From Octopus vulgaris (lineage: Eukaryota): a stretch of 64,000 nt of DNA. The DNA lies in NCBI GenBank assembly GCA_951406725.2, contig OX597833.1, forward strand, positions 60,760,001 to 60,824,000. Reading direction: 5' to 3'. The notes under the pieces were generated by a model, which made no database searches, was not told where the DNA came from, and was given only the letters and a program-made list of their open reading frames with translations. The first letter of the stretch is position 1; every line of letters starts with the position of its first letter. Shown here one piece after another: positions 62,721 through 64,000 of the stretch. The position numbers were made by a program, and so were the translations under genes.

Positions 62721-64000
62721 TACAGGGATGTAAATAAACCAACACCAGTTGTCAAGCATTGGTGGTGGGGGGGGGCATACACATATATGACGGGATTTCT
62801 TTCAGATTTACCAAATCCACTTACAAGGCTTTGGTTGGCCCGAAGCTATTGTAGAAGACACTTGCCCAAGATGCCATGCAGTGGGACTGAACCCAGAGAC
62901 GTGGAGTTGGGAAGCAAGCTTCTTACCACAGAGCCATGCCTGCGCTTTATATTTTAATTTTATAGTGAAATAAAAAAACAAAAAGGCTATACAAGGATAG
63001 GAATAGCCATACATACATACATAGACGAATACAGGCATACCAAATATCTTACAACATGATTTCTTGGTTTATTAATATCATCTCTGCCTCTAAACGATGT
63101 ATCGTAATTACCAAATGGTAATTAAGATCAGCATCACATGAGAAGGGGAAGTAATCTCAAGAACATATTTATGGCCTTTGTAATTTGCATAATTTGGAAC
63201 AACAATGACCAAGGAAAGATAACTCAAAGCAGCCAGTGGCATGTATTTGAACAACATAGACAAATACAGGGCTGGGCTGTCCACACAACCAGTGGGGTAG
63301 AATCATTTGAAAGCTACAATGCAAGGAAACGCATTGTGATCAGCAGTGTATGACAACATCTGATAGTCTGGGCAATACTGTGATACATATATATGTATAT
63401 ACAATCATTGTTTATAAAGGCATTAGTTAAAAGTATTAGAACAATGTAGTAACACGTGGCAGATACTAGCGCCGCCTGACTGGCGTCCGTGTCGGTGACC
63501 CGTAAAAGCACCAACCAATCGTGGCTGTTTGCCAGCCTGTGCTGGCTTCTGTGCCGGTGGCATGTAAAAAAACACCCACTACACTCACGGAGTGGTTGGC
63601 GTTAGGAAGGGCATCCAGCTGTAGAAACTTTGCCAGATCAGATTGGAGCCTGGTGCAGCCTCCATGGTTTACCAGACCCCAGTCGAACCGTTCAACCCAT
63701 ACTAGCATGGAAAATAGACGTTAAATGATGATGATGATTTAAAAGGTTACATCAACGTCACAATTACAGCACCACAATTTCACGAGTAAAGTTATTGGAG
63801 TGTTTTCCCTCATTTGAAGTTTTAGACGTTTATAGTATTAAAAGAACCAAAAAGGGGGTCAATAGCATGAACTTGATAGAACTGCTTTTGGATATATTTG
63901 CTCATGAAAGTTTATAAACAAAAGAACATAAAGATAAGCACTTTCTTCAAACTTTCATTTCATATTTCAAAAAGATATTCCAAACAATGAATATTTCAAA

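Overview
AT-rich, repeat-dense animal genomic DNA, most likely from an octopus or other coleoid cephalopod (inferred from the SINE, RTE and microsatellite landscape). One complete spliced protein-coding gene is recoverable on the + strand: a TRAF2/3/5-clade, TRAF3-like gene with 8 coding exons (29508-52644) encoding 538 aa with RING, TRAF zinc fingers, coiled coil and MATH domains. It probably has a non-coding first exon and promoter near 5.4-7.8 kb. The last coding exon of mitochondrial ribosomal protein MRPL46 lies convergently on the - strand (61033-61185). The rest is a nested mosaic of tRNA-derived SINEs, RTE LINE fragments and their (GAT)n-tailed 3' ends, non-autonomous Helitrons, piggyBac/hAT/Tc1-pogo MITEs, fossil transposases and minisatellites. 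The most interesting unexplained signals are: a tandemly amplified 68-nt RTE 3'UTR unit that folds as a hairpin plus H-type pseudoknot with compensatory changes; minimal hammerhead ribozymes in Penelope-like remnants; permuted MITE dimers; a near-perfect 103-bp intronic fold-back; and inverted SINEs bracketing the RING exons. All calls were made by eye without database searches, so repeat boundaries are approximate and novelty is unverified.
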